Assembly (NCBI RefSeq): GCF_001194135.2
Contig: NC_068989.1
Span: forward strand, 46,487,215 to 46,519,866
Direction: 5' to 3'
DNA: 32,652 bases
Origin: Octopus bimaculoides
Taxonomy: Eukaryota
In this document: one piece after another, positions 21,624-32,652 of the stretch
Position numbering within the stretch: position 1 is the first letter of the stretch
How the letters are laid out: every line of letters begins with the position of its first letter
Position numbers and translations under genes: made by a program
Notes under the pieces: generated by a model
What the model was told of the DNA's origin: nothing
Databases searched by the model: none
What the model saw: the letters and a program-made list of their open reading frames with translations, nothing else

Positions 21624-22604
21624 NNNNNNNNNNNNNNNNNNNNNNNNNNNNNNNNNNNNNNNNNNNNNNNNNNNNNNNNNNNNNNNNNNNNNNNNNNNNN
21701 NNNNNNNNNNNNNNNNNNNNNNNNNNNNNNNNNNNNNNNNNNNNNNNNNNNNNNNNNNNNNNNNNNNNNNNNNNNNNNNNNNNNNNNNNNNNNNNNNNNN
21801 NNNNNNNNNNNNNNNNNNNNNNNNNNNNNNNNNNNNNNNNNNNNNNNNNNNNNNNNNNNNNNNNNNNNNNNNNNNNNNNNNNNNNNNNNNNNNNNNNNNN
21901 NNNNNNNNNNNNNNNNNNNNNNNNNNNNNNNNNNNNNNNNNNNNNNNNNNNNNNNNNNNNNNNNNNNNNNNNNNNNNNNNNNNNNNNNNNNNNNNNNNNN
22001 NNNNNNNNNNNNNNNNNNNNNNNNNNNNNNNNNNNNNNNNNNNNNNNNNNNNNNNNNNNNNNNNNNNNNNNNNNNNNNNNNNNNNNNNNNNNNNNNNNNN
22101 NNNNNNNNNNNNNNNNNNNNNNNNNNNNNNNNNNNNNNNNNNNNNNNNNNNNNNNNNNNNNNNNNNNNNNNNNNNNNNNNNNNNNNNNNNNNNNNNNNNN
22201 NNNNNNNNNNNNNNNNNNNNNNNNNNNNNNNNNNNNNNNNNNNNNNNNNNNNNNNNNNNNNNNNNNNNNNNNNNNNNNNNNNNNNNNNNNNNNNNNNNNN
22301 NNNNNNNNNNNNNNNNNNNNNNNNNNNNNNNNNNNNNNNNNNNNNNNNNNNNNNNNNNNNNNNNNNNNNNNNNNNNNNNNNNNNNNNNNNNNNNNNNNNN
22401 NNNNNNNNNNNNNNNNNNNNNNNNNNNNNNNNNNNNNNNNNNNNNNNNNNNNNNNNNNNNNNNNNNNNNNNNNNNNNNNNNNNNNNNNNNNNNNNNNNNN
22501 NNNNNNNNNNNNNNNNNNNNNNNNNNNNNNNNNNNNNNNNNNNNNNNNNNNNNNNNNNNNNNNNNNNNNNNNNNNNNNNNNNNNNNNNNNNNNNNNNNNN
22601 NNNN

Positions 22605-22653
<49 letters not shown>

Positions 22654-22966
22654 CATGTACATATATGTAAATATTTACATATACATATATGTGTGTGTGT
22701 GCACGACCACGTGTATACACACACACACATACTCCTATGTTGACGGGCAAATTTACAATTAATTGCTCTCTATTCTCAATATACGCGTCACGCCAGCTGT
22801 AAATACTTCGTTAATCTTGAACTTGCTTTGAAATAAATTTCTTAACACACTGCCTGTCTGTTTGTCTGTCCGTCTTTTTTTCCTGACACACTCAAGTGAG
22901 GACACACACATACATATACACACACAAACACACACAAACACAGAGGCACACTCGTATGTGTGTGTA

Positions 22967-23004
<38 letters not shown>

Positions 23005-23030
23005 TGTGTGTGTGTTTTTGTGCGTGTGTT
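22605..23030 (+). repeat. TA/TG/CA dinucleotide tracts
   Basis: Direct reading at 22605-22730 and 22903-23030. Confidence 0.85.
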
Positions 23031-23547
23031 GTATTGATACCTCTTCCATATTATGATATATTTACCATTCACGCTGTAAAATTTCCTTAAATATAACCGT
23101 ATTACTTTTTTTGTGGAAGTGACACCCTTTATAGATATTTTGATATCTGGAAATATTTTTAAAAGGATTAAGATGTGAAAACACTTTGATATATATAGGA
23201 ATATGATATTACCGCAAACATAAATATCGGTTAATTATATATATTAAAATAGGAATATATTCTTAGTAAAATATTATAAATCAATATCTTAGTAATTGAT
23301 ACAAATAAATTAAAGAAAAATTTAATTAACGTATTGTAAATATGTTATACAGTTCATAAGTGATAAACAAACTTTAAACTCGTTTATATTTCTTCAGGTA
23401 AACACACTCGCATATGCTCATACATACACATATGTACACACACGAGTACACATATGCTTATATATACATACACATACACATACACACATGCACGTAAGCA
23501 CACACACACAAGCGCGTACACGCACGTGCGTACACACACACATATAT

Positions 23548-23596
23548 GTGTGGCTGTGTGGTAAGAATCTTGCTTCCCAGCTACATGGTTCTGGGT
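23548..23596 (+). mobile_element. Truncated SINE family A head (duplicated at about 24785-24832)
   Basis: GTGGCTGTGTGGTAAGAATCTTGCTTCCCAGCTACATGGTTCTGGGT, followed by unrelated sequence. Confidence 0.8.
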
Positions 23597-24998
23597 GGTA
23601 CGAGAGTCGAACATAGAGGTTGTAGTGAAACTAACACCTCGATCGCCATTACATACAAAACTACCTATCGCCATTAGATACAAAACTACTATCGCCATTA
23701 CATACAATTTTCTCATTTAAATATAAACAAACGCGAGCATAGCGGAAAACATCAACTTTGTCATCACGTGACTGATTAATATTCAAAGCGGCAACTTCTT
23801 CGAACCGTTCCCGCCAGAACGCAAACTGACCAATCACAGCCCTTAATAAGGTCACGTGATAGCTTTTTTCNNNNNNNNNNNNNNNNNNNNNNNNNNNNNN
23901 NNNNNNNNNNNNNNNNNNNNNNNNNNNNNNNNNNNNNNNNNNNNNNNNNNNNNNNNNNNNNNNNNNNNNNNNNNNNNNNNNNNNNNNNNNNNNNNNNNNN
24001 NNNNNNNNNNNNNNNNNNNNNNNNNNNNNNNNNNNNNNNNNNNNNNNNNNNNNNNNNNNNNNNNNNNNNNNNNNNNNNNNNNNNNNNNNNNNNNNNNNNN
24101 NNNNNNNNNNNNNNNNNNNNNNNNNNNNNNNNNNNNNNNNNNNNNNNNNNNNNNNNNNNNNNNNNNNNNNNNNNNNNNNNNNNNNNNNNNNNNNNNNNNN
24201 NNNNNNNNNNNNNNNNNNNNNNNNNNNNNNNNNNNNNNNNNNNNNNNNNNNNNNNNNNNNNNNNNNNNNNNNNNNNNNNNNNNNNNNNNNNNNNNNNNNN
24301 NNNNNNNNNNNNNNNNNNNNNNNNNNNNNNNNNNNNNNNNNNNNNNNNNNNNNNNNNNNNNNNNNNNNNNNNNNNNAACACGATTCTACGATTACTACTA
24401 ACCAGCAACAATCTCCACCAGCGTCAACACGACTTTCTATGTACACCAATCCAAACCACCGCGACACATCTCTCTCTTCGATTCTGTTAGGTGACTTAGC
24501 TTCACCACGATAATAAACAGACAAGAGATCTCAGCCAGCGACGAACATCTGTATAACAAGAATCACGGCCTGGCATCGATGCCACAACATCACAACTAGT
24601 GATCAGCTCTGCCACACTCACAGCCTCAACTACTCTTTTCACATACAGACTCATACTATTATGTACACAAGAACTGGTATAAATGCTCACGTGTTATTGA
24701 CTCTCTTTCTANNNNNNNNNNCACATGCACGTAAGCACACACACACAAGCGCGTACACGCACGTGCGTACATACACACATATATGTGTGGCTGTGTGGTA
24801 AGAATCTTGCTTCCAGCTACATGGTTCTGGGTGGTACGAGAGTCGAACATAGAGGTTGTAGTGAAACTAACACCTCGATCGCCATTACATACAAAACTAC
24901 CTATCGCCATTAGATACAAAACTACTATCGCCATTACATACAATTTTCTCATTTAAATATAAACAAACGCGAGCATAGCGGAAAACATCAACTTTGTC

Positions 24999-25142
24999 AT
25001 CACGTGACTGATTAATATTCAAAGCGGCAACTTCTTCGAACCGTTCCCGCCAGAACGCAAACTGACCAATCACAGCCCTTAATAAGGTCACGTGATAGCT
25101 TTTTTCTGCTACCGTCTTGGAGCCGATAATTCGCTATAAATA
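24999..25142 (+). promoter_or_regulatory. Pol II promoter-like motif cluster: E-box, CCAAT box, E-box, TATA
   Basis: ATCACGTGAC at 24999-25008, TGACCAATCACAG (CCAAT 25066-25070), GTCACGTGAT at 25087-25096 and TATAAATA at 25135-25142. The first three recur at 23763, 23830 and 23851. Function is not shown. Confidence 0.45.
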
Positions 25143-26504
25143 GAGCAACTCATACCCAGCAAATTTNNNNNNNNNNNNNNNNNNNNNNNNNNNNNNNNNN
25201 NNNNNNNNNNNNNNNNNNNNNNNNNNNNNNNNNNNNNNNNNNNNNNNNNNNNNNNNNNNNNNNNNNNNNNNNNNNNNNNNNNNNNNNNNNNNNNNNNNNN
25301 NNNNNNNNNNNNNNNNNNNNNNNNNNNNNNNNNNNNNNNNNNNNNNNNNNNNNNNNNNNNNNNNNNNNNNNNNNNNNNNNNNNNNNNNNNNNNNNNNNNN
25401 NNNNNNNNNNNNNNNNNNNNNNNNNNNNNNNNNNNNNNNNNNNNNNNNNNNNNNNNNNNNNNNNNNNNNNNNNNNNNNNNNNNNNNNNNNNNNNNNNNNN
25501 NNNNNNNNNNNNNNNNNNNNNNNNNNNNNNNNNNNNNNNNNNNNNNNNNNNNNNNNNNNNNNNNNNNNNNNNNNNNNNNNNNNNNNNNNNNNNNNNNNNN
25601 NNNNNNNNNNNNNNNNNNNNNNNNNNNNNNNNNNNNNNNNNNNNNNNNNNNNNNNNNNNNNNNNNNNNNNNNNNNNNNNNNNNNNNNNNNNNNNNNNNNN
25701 NNNNNNNNNNNNNNNNNNNNNNNNNNNNNNNNNNNNNNNNNNNNNNNNNNNNNNNNNNNNNNNNNNNNNNNNNNNNNNNNNNNNNNNNNNNNNNNNNNNN
25801 NNNNNNNNNNNNNNNNNNNNNNNNNNNNNNNNNNNNNNNNNNNNNNNNNNNNNNNNNNNNNNNNNNNNNNNNNNNNNNNNNNNNNNNNNNNACTGGTATA
25901 AATGCTCACGTGTTATTGACTCTCTTTCTATCTGCTGTAAACACTCATACACATACATACTTTTCTTTGTACGACGGCCTGTCTTTGATTATGTTCTTAT
26001 ATGTCGCATTCACACTCTCACACGGACATACACTTTAATGCCATAATAAATATCTGTTATTATTCATCTTATACGGTTGTGGTCTTTCATTACTGGTCAT
26101 CTATGTTATCGTAGTATAACATATCATGTATATCATCATTTGATATATTATTTTGTGTGTTCGACCGTGTGACACGTTTAAATAAAAGGAGTCCTCTGTT
26201 TTTCCATTCGTCACCATTTCTCCTTTTTGAGTTCGCACGGTCGTCCCTACAAGGTTATCCTTATTGTCATCGGAGCATTGAGTCCAATACCACCCAATCT
26301 GAAAAAACGTCAGAAAACCATAGAAATACCCTACAATCTAGATGTATTGCAAAAGTCGGCATTACTTGGAACTGCACGCATATTGCGTAAAATACTGTCA
26401 GTCTGAAGTCCTTGTTCTGATTTGACAAACAGTAGAAACCCCCGGTAGACACAATATTTTCAATCAACAACCTCACGATATTTTATACAGTGCAACGCAA
26501 CGTC

Positions 26505-26543
<39 letters not shown>
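26505..26543 (+). repeat. (TAA)n microsatellite
   Basis: Direct reading. Confidence 0.97.
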
Positions 26544-26544
<1 letters not shown>

Positions 26545-27059
26545 GGATACCGAAATATTTCTCTCATATATGAAATATAGGCGCTGTCAGGCATGTCGTC
26601 GCAGAGAAACAAGCGTGTGATAATATAAACAACATGCGGCAATGTGACCTGCCTATACATGAATTGAAGCAATACGCAAGAATGCGATATAGCTACAGAA
26701 AAACACTGTAAGTACAAATAATAATCGTTTACGCAATCTCATCTCTACACAAATAACCATTAATGTAATGTTTATATAATTCACATATGCACCCGTACAC
26801 CTCGTACATAAATAAGACAACGTAGAGCACACAATGTTTAAACAAATTAAAAGCAACACATAATAATAATAATAAATATAAATGTAACACGTCTCATTTT
26901 AAATAGTGAAAAAACAGATATGCTCGGAAATAAAACTTCGAAAACAAATAAAGGCTAATCTCTATGTATGGGATTGAGGCGCTTAAGATATGAAAACAAA
27001 AATAGCATAAAACGGTGACCGGCGGAAAAGTTACCTCTTAACAGGGAGGGCCGTCTACT

Positions 27060-27410
27060 AATGTCACTGCCCAAGCGAAAAACTATACCAAAAGAGAATG
27101 GTGGGCAGATGATGACAGTAGTTGGAGCAAAGATAGCATCTCAAGACGATTACAATGCCAGTAATTGTGGGAACACTTGAAAGGACCAGTAAAGGAACTA
27201 AAAATTAGTTGAGAATGATCCCTGGATTACCATTCATGCAGGGAGCGCAAAAGATAGTATTAAGTGTTAACTGCAAACGTAAACAGACTTTATATGAAAA
27301 GAAAGAATGGTGACAGAGGATTAAATAGTATAGACCATTGTATAAGGGGTGAAAGGAGAACGCTTGCCGAGTCTTTGATAAATAGTGACGAAGATCAGCT
27401 GCAATATACC
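27060..27410 (+). mobile_element. Two juxtaposed R4/Dong-clade fragments (C-terminal endonuclease region, then post-RT region)
   Basis: 27137-27262 reads HLKTITMPVIVGTLERTSKGTKN*LRMIPGLPFMQGAQKIVL. 27273-27410 reads ANVNRLYMKRKNGDRGLNSIDHCIRGERRTL, the R4 DRLYxxRxxGGRGL motif. Confidence 0.75.
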
Positions 27411-27420
27411 GAGATCTATA

Positions 27421-27747
27421 TTGTTATTTATATATTTGTTTTGCAAGATTTTTTATGTGAAATCGTGTGTTGAAACAGATGTTGTTGTATTTGGGGATGG
27501 TCATATTGCCAGTTTAGCCAATTGTTCATAATTATTATACATTGTTCACACACATAACAACGAAGAAAGAAGAAAGCAAAGGACCACTGATGAGGTCACA
27601 GAAGTGTGACGAAAGAACTCTGGCCGAAATATGATTAATGTAATGTAATGTAATATAAAGCTGAAGCAAATTAACACCGAATATACAGTGCGTATGTTTT
27701 TATTGGCTAAACTGTGGCAATATGACCATCCCCAAATACAACAACAT
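27421..27747. mobile_element. Second hammerhead-bearing short element with a partial inverted duplication
   Basis: 27479-27522 is the reverse complement of 27702-27747 apart from a 2-nt insertion. The HHR lies between them. Outer boundaries are uncertain and there is no clear TSD. Confidence 0.65.
27581..27625 (+). ncRNA. Minimal type I hammerhead ribozyme (second family)
   Basis: GGACCA CUGAUGA G GUCACA-GAAG-UGUGAC GAAA G AA CUC UGGCC. It has a canonical CUGAUGA and GAAA core, a perfect 6-bp stem II, stem I GGACCA/UGGCC with one bulge, and predicted cleavage at CUC after 27620. Confidence 0.75.
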
Positions 27748-28079
27748 ATATTATTATTGATATTTTTAAATGCTATAGGTAGAACGATAGTGATATTGAT
27801 AATCACTGTGGTTATGGAGGCGACACAATACAAGCACGTTATTTCTATATATGTGTATACACATACATGCGCACTTGTATATACAAATAAAGAGAGGAAG
27901 AAAGAGATGGAATCTCAATAACAACTCTCGTGAGAACCCCACGAACGACACATGAAATCATGATGCAACACAACCAATGAAGGAATTAACGGCTTTAGCG
28001 GCTATAGCTTCATTCTCGCAGGGACTGTACATTTCTGAATATACTCATTAAATCGGGCTGCTAGTCTTTCATGCACCCC

Positions 28080-28132
28080 GTCACGTGAAAAATATGGCGT
28101 GATAAATATGGACACCATATTTATCACGTGAC
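28080..28132. other. Small perfect hairpin with a partial upstream duplicate
   Basis: CGTGATAAATATGG-ACA-CCATATTTATCACG (28098-28128), with GTCACGTGA at both outer ends. Confidence 0.85.
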
Positions 28133-29854
28133 TTTTCAGTATAAATTCTAAAGTACACTCATTTTGGTTTAATCTACAGTAACTCGCCGGCAGATAAGTT
28201 ATGTTTTCTTAATTTTCTAAACAATATTGACATACGTCTTTTATTTACTTTATACACTAACACACTTTTTACATTGTTTACTTCTTCCATAATGATTATA
28301 CATTGTTCACAATAATACTCTTTTTCAATATTTTTAGATTGTAACTTTTAATAATTATATTAATGCCGTTAACGTAGGGATTATTTTACAGGTTTTGTCT
28401 CTTTATATATATATTTATTTCTCATGTTTATGTTTATTCCTTCAATGATTTTCGGTATTTTTTTAGGAACTTGACTTGAAGAGTGACTAATTTTGGGAGT
28501 AAAATCATTTTCCCGTTCTAATGAATTTGGATAGAATTTTCTTATGATTTTATATAGTCCTATTCTAGCTATGAAACGCGCGTAGTCGATGTACAAGTAC
28601 TGATTTTTATATTTTTATACTTTTACACATTATATTATTGTATCAATTTTTACTGTCCTATTGATACTTTATTTGATTCTTAGATTAATATTTTTATGAT
28701 GAATGTTTCTTTATATGATATATTATATATTATTAAAATTATTAGATTTTAGATTAAAATCTTAGATAAGTATTTATATGGTATATGCCTCACAGCATGG
28801 TTTTGGACGGGTTCTTCGTTGACTGAGTTGTAGAGTGGTGGTTCGTCTATATATATATATATATATATATNNNNNNNNNNNNNNNNNNNNNNNNNNNNNN
28901 NNNNNNNNNNNNNNNNNNNNNNNNNNNNNNNNNNNNNNNNNNNNNNNNNNNNNNNNNNNNNNNNNNNNNNNNNNNNNNNNNNNNNNNNNNNNNNNNNNNN
29001 NNNNNNNNNNNNNNNNNNNNNNNNNNNNNNNNNNNNNNNNNNNNNNNNNNNNNNNNNNNNNNNNNNNNNNNNNNNNNNNNNNNNNNNNNNNNNNNNNNNN
29101 NNNNNNNNNNNNNNNNNNNNNNNNNNNNNNNNNNNNNNNNNNNNNNNNNNNNNNNNNNNNNNNNNNNNNNNNNNNNNNNNNNNNNNNNNNNNNNNNNNNN
29201 NNNNNNNNNNNNNNNNNNNNNNNNNNNNNNNNNNNNNNNNNNNNNNNNNNNNNNNNNNNNNNNNNNNNNNNNNNNNNNNNNNNNNNNNNNNNNNNNNNNN
29301 NNNNNNNNNNNNNNNNNNNNNNNNNNNNNNNNNNNNNNNNNNNNNNNNNNNNNNNNNNNNNNNNNNNNNNNNNNNNNNNNNNNNNNNNNNNNNNNNNNNN
29401 NNNNNNNNNNNNNNNNNNNNNNNNNNNNNNNNNNNNNNNNNNNNNNNNNNNNNNNNNNNNNNNNNNNNNNNNNNNNNNNNNNNNNNNNNNNNNNNNNNNN
29501 NNNNNNNNNNNNNNNNNNNNNNNNNNNNNNNNNNNNNNNNNNNNNNNNNNNNNNNNNNNNNNNNNNNNNNNNNNNNNNNNNNNNNNNNNNNNNNNNNNNN
29601 NNNNNNNNNNNNNNNNNNNNNNNNNNNNNNNNNNNNTATATATATATATATATATGCAAGTCTCCTCTCTTTAGACCATCGAGTTTTATCTAAAGCAAAG
29701 TTTACTATCTTAGGCCAATATAAATTGACACTCATGAAATCATACGCAAACATTGCCGTCAGAATGCAAAGAACCGCACTGGACACTACAAAGCAGCTTG
29801 CTTGATCCATTCCCAGATTCGCGAATCTGCCGTCTTGAATTGGTGCTGATTTAA

Positions 29855-29980
29855 CGATTCTAAAAGAATGAAAAAGCAAAGTTGATAGGCGAAATGTGAA
29901 CTGAGAATGCAGAGTGATTTGGGACCATCACCGGGAGGTTTTCCATCCAAGGCTCTAATGACTCAGCTAATTCGCCGCAT
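29855..29980 (-). mobile_element. SINE family B, old diverged fragment
   Basis: CGATTCTAAAAGAATGAAAAAGCAAAGTTGATAGGCGAAATGTGAACTGAGAATG parallels the family B body; GCTAATTCGCCGC parallels the head. Confidence 0.5.
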
Positions 29981-30876
29981 TTATTCCACTTATGAGTCAA
30001 TGAATCTCTAAAGAACTGTCTTCACCATTTCCAACTCGGCTGTGTTACTGATTACTGATTAAATATCAGTAATCTCTCTGAATAGTAGTATTCTAATGAT
30101 ACCCCATTTCTTACATCATACCATTTTTTTAATATAGATTTTCGCTTTAGGCCCTCAAAACCATCTATTATTCAATCCCAACCAACATCAATTCTCACAT
30201 ATCGGAATTTTGTAGCTTGTCGTTTTATGAGAGGGGAATGCCTTTCCGATTCTCTATTAAAAATAAGTTCTATGGGAATTCATATCGATTCACCAATCAA
30301 TATTGCATTTTATTTCAGCACTATCAGAATAAAGGAATCGGCCATTGAACGGACTGAGTTGTCGTTGTAGCTTTGATTCCGAGCTGAAGCCATTCACTAC
30401 ATTTACACTGCTACAAAAAACATTGTTTTGAGTGGGCGATATGAATTCTCTTCACGTAGATCGTGAGAACAAATAACCCGATGGGTTTTTGACGAGAAAA
30501 CTTCATTATACATTATTTTATATCTGGCGACTTGTAAAAGTCGCCAGATAAACTGCCGTAGCCTGGCGCCTTATCGATAAGTATATTTGTTTTTTTAATT
30601 TTTTACATGTCGTGAAACCGGAAAAAGTATCATCCTTTAATATTGCTCCCACGCTCCACTGCAAATCTAACAAATATTTATTTTAGATTATTACGCAAGA
30701 GCTAATTTATCAATATCTGCATTGTAAATGGCTACTTAATAGCAAAGTTATTTGATCACGTTATTGATTAAATAATTTCAAGAATTTAACGAAAAAACTG
30801 ACAATATTTCTTTATATCAATTAATGACAATGTCGTAACAATGGCGTAAGTTAGAGGGTTGTTTGGAGAAAGAGGA

Positions 30877-30889
30877 TATATATATATAC

Positions 30890-30945
<56 letters not shown>
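30877..30945 (+). repeat. (TA)n(TG)n microsatellite
   Basis: Direct reading. Confidence 0.95.
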
Positions 30946-30974
30946 ATTATTGGTCTTTAGCAACTAGTTTGTTT

Positions 30975-32560
30975 AGGGTTTCAGGGCGTTCCAACTCTGG
31001 CTATTCTTTCTTTGTTGCTATGTAATGAAGCACCAAACAGAATTCATTTCGGTAGGATCTTTTCTCACCAAGACTATACAGCGCGATTTCAAAGATATTT
31101 GGTCGCTATTTCGAGAATGTCGTGTAATTACGTTGGAAATGCCTTGCTTATGGTGACGCCTGCGGTGGATTGAAAGGTAACGGGTATAGTGTAACTTGAA
31201 GGAGATTTACCTGCTAATTCTTGGACGTCTTTCACTAACTGGTGATTCTAATCAATGAGGCTGATACAACAATCGATTCACAAGTGTTAGGAACGACAAC
31301 TGACCTTCAATAAATTAGACAGGTAATATGCAAAGTCAAAATTCTAAGCTTATTGTACATCTAGCACATATTTACAGCTGTTATGAATTACATCTGAAAG
31401 AAGGAGGGGCTGGCATGGCCGCCGCAAGACTTTCGATGCCGATAACAGTGATGTCGTTAAGGCTCCTCTTAAACTGCCAGTGAACAATTGTAGGACAGAT
31501 TTGAACAAGAGTGTCACCGTTGCGGAGAGACGAGAACTGTCTCGTGGTTATGATCAGAGCAGAATCGGGAGTGAGTTGGGGTGGATATAACATAGATGAT
31601 GGCAGTCAAAGAGACAAAAGAATAGAGTGTCTGGATGAACGGGACACAATGCAATGACAGATCTTAGAGAATAATGGAATTATAGTAAACAAAACAGCAA
31701 AAACAAGGACAGGACATAGCATATCTGTGGGACAGCGGTTGTGGTCCATCTTTGATTTACTTTATGACAATGAATCGATAAGTTTTTTCTCTGGATATAG
31801 TTTAGCATTCTGTGTATGTAGCAGCAGTACGATCCCATAACGAGGCGCAATATTCTTCTCTAAGTTTCATCTGGGCTGTGTAGGAAGTTGGTAGTTGTTG
31901 GGGGTGAATTTTCTGGCCCTGAAAAGAAATATCTGTCTTTAAGACGAACTCTTCCGTATGGTTAGAACGTACATTTGCCAGAATAAAAAATCTGAGATAG
32001 TGAGGTATATCAGTGGAGCTATCACAAGGACTATTAGATTAAGTTTGTGTAAATGTAAAATGAGGTGTTTCCATGTGTGCAAGGATTGTCTTTTTCTTAT
32101 TTTATTTAAGATTAGCATGAACCCATTTCAAGACATCTAAAGTCTCTATTCATGGAATCGGCGAAGATTTGGCCTATGAGATTTACCTTAGAGGAGTCGG
32201 CGCTTATGAGAGAATATTGACGACAGCTGCTTGCTGCTATTATCTGTGAAAAAGCCGATCTTGCGAGTTGTAACGGCAAATAGGTCGTTGATATATATAA
32301 TGGTATATATGACGAAAAGTCCGAATCCTGGGGAGCGTTATAATTCATAGTGTTGGACAGAGATAACTGTAGAGCTCAACATGAGGGGTAGTGCTTCTCA
32401 AAGAGAAAAGTAGAAGTTAAATTGTGATGGGAAATTAGGTGGGGATATCTTTGTTAATGCTATTCAACATTATAGTTGAGATGTGGAGTGATGGGATAGG
32501 TTGACAGTTGGTTGTGTCAGAGAAATTATTCTCTAGGGAATAGGAAGTAGACCCAAAGAT
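30975..32560 (-). mobile_element. Decayed APE-type LINE (CR1/L2/Jockey group), RT C-terminal half
   Basis: Minus strand gives NAPQDS (PQGS), LYINDLFAVTTRKIGFFTDNS (FADD), KWVHANLK*NKKKT, QLPTSYTAQMKLREEYCASLW, LAAAMPAP and SWNAL (LWNSLP). All are in the expected order, with many frameshifts. Confidence 0.7.
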
Positions 32561-32619
32561 ACGTATTTAGGGACCTGCAGGGAAACCGAGTATATTGTGT
32601 TCATAAAGGCATATAAGTA

Positions 32620-32652
<33 letters not shown>
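32620..32652 (+). repeat. (TA)n microsatellite
   Basis: Direct reading. Confidence 0.95.

Larger units (their letters stand above)
23485..25930 (+). repeat. Roughly 1.2-kb tandem duplication (23485-24711 and 24722-25930), both copies gapped
   Basis: 23485-23870 matches 24722-25106 with two differences (one substitution and one 1-bp indel). 24673-24711 is identical to 25892-25930. The copies are joined by a 10-N gap. Confidence 0.92.
4178..29636. other. Assembly gaps (11 N-runs)
   Basis: 4178-4187, 8488-8548, 9855-10210, 13660-13669, 17594-18195, 20464-20620, 21624-22604, 23871-24376, 24712-24721, 25167-25891 and 28871-29636. Most abut microsatellites. Confidence 0.99.

Noticed and set aside
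23643-23707. CRISPR-like array (also considered for 6721-6912)
   Set aside because: These are contiguous tandem units with no unique spacers, in a eukaryotic context with no cas genes.
25965-26121. Possible LTR 3' half (AATAAA at 26045, ends GTATAACA)
   Set aside because: No matching TG start, TSD, PBS or internal domain is visible.
9736-29879. Long ORFs in the supplied track (for example 21486-22730, 28749-29879, 17545-18327)
   Set aside because: They are N-runs and dinucleotide/trinucleotide repeats translated as X, YI, CV, poly-I, poly-N or poly-L; they are not genes.
29990-30400. Possible plus-strand LINE relic
   Set aside because: No RT motif could be read convincingly.
30835-30856. 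ATGGC|GTAAGT as a first coding exon
   Set aside because: A six-base donor match alone is expected by chance, with no promoter or downstream exon support.
1-32652. A prokaryotic-type defence or operon system
   Set aside because: There is no gene-dense region, no intact ORF over about 160 aa outside gaps and repeats, and all recognisable coding relics are eukaryotic transposons.

Overview
AT-rich, microsatellite-dense animal genomic DNA from a short-read scaffold, with 11 N-gaps totalling about 4.2 kb. It is most likely octopus/cephalopod; this is an inference from the SINE families as I recall them, not a database result. I cannot support any intact host protein-coding gene, rRNA, tRNA or CRISPR array. 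The window is a transposon graveyard. It holds four decayed R4/Dong-clade non-LTR fragments, one decayed Penelope-like element (RT + GIY-YIG) split by a SINE, an internally deleted Helitron, a decayed CR1/L2/Jockey-group LINE, a probable hAT fragment, and many copies of two tRNA-headed SINE families. The most interesting signal is non-coding: three hammerhead-ribozyme (HHR) cores in two unrelated short elements, each with an inverted-repeat architecture. The best case (20194-21012) is a head-to-head fold-back element. It has a 48-bp loopless central palindrome, one HHR per arm on opposite strands, a single 14-bp target-site duplication (TSD) around the whole unit, and an R4/Dong 3' end nested in the internal (TAA)n of one arm. 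A roughly 1.2-kb tandem duplication (23485-25930) carrying an E-box/CCAAT/E-box/TATA cluster is probably a haplotype assembly artefact. All protein-family calls come from manual translation and motif recognition; no searches were run.
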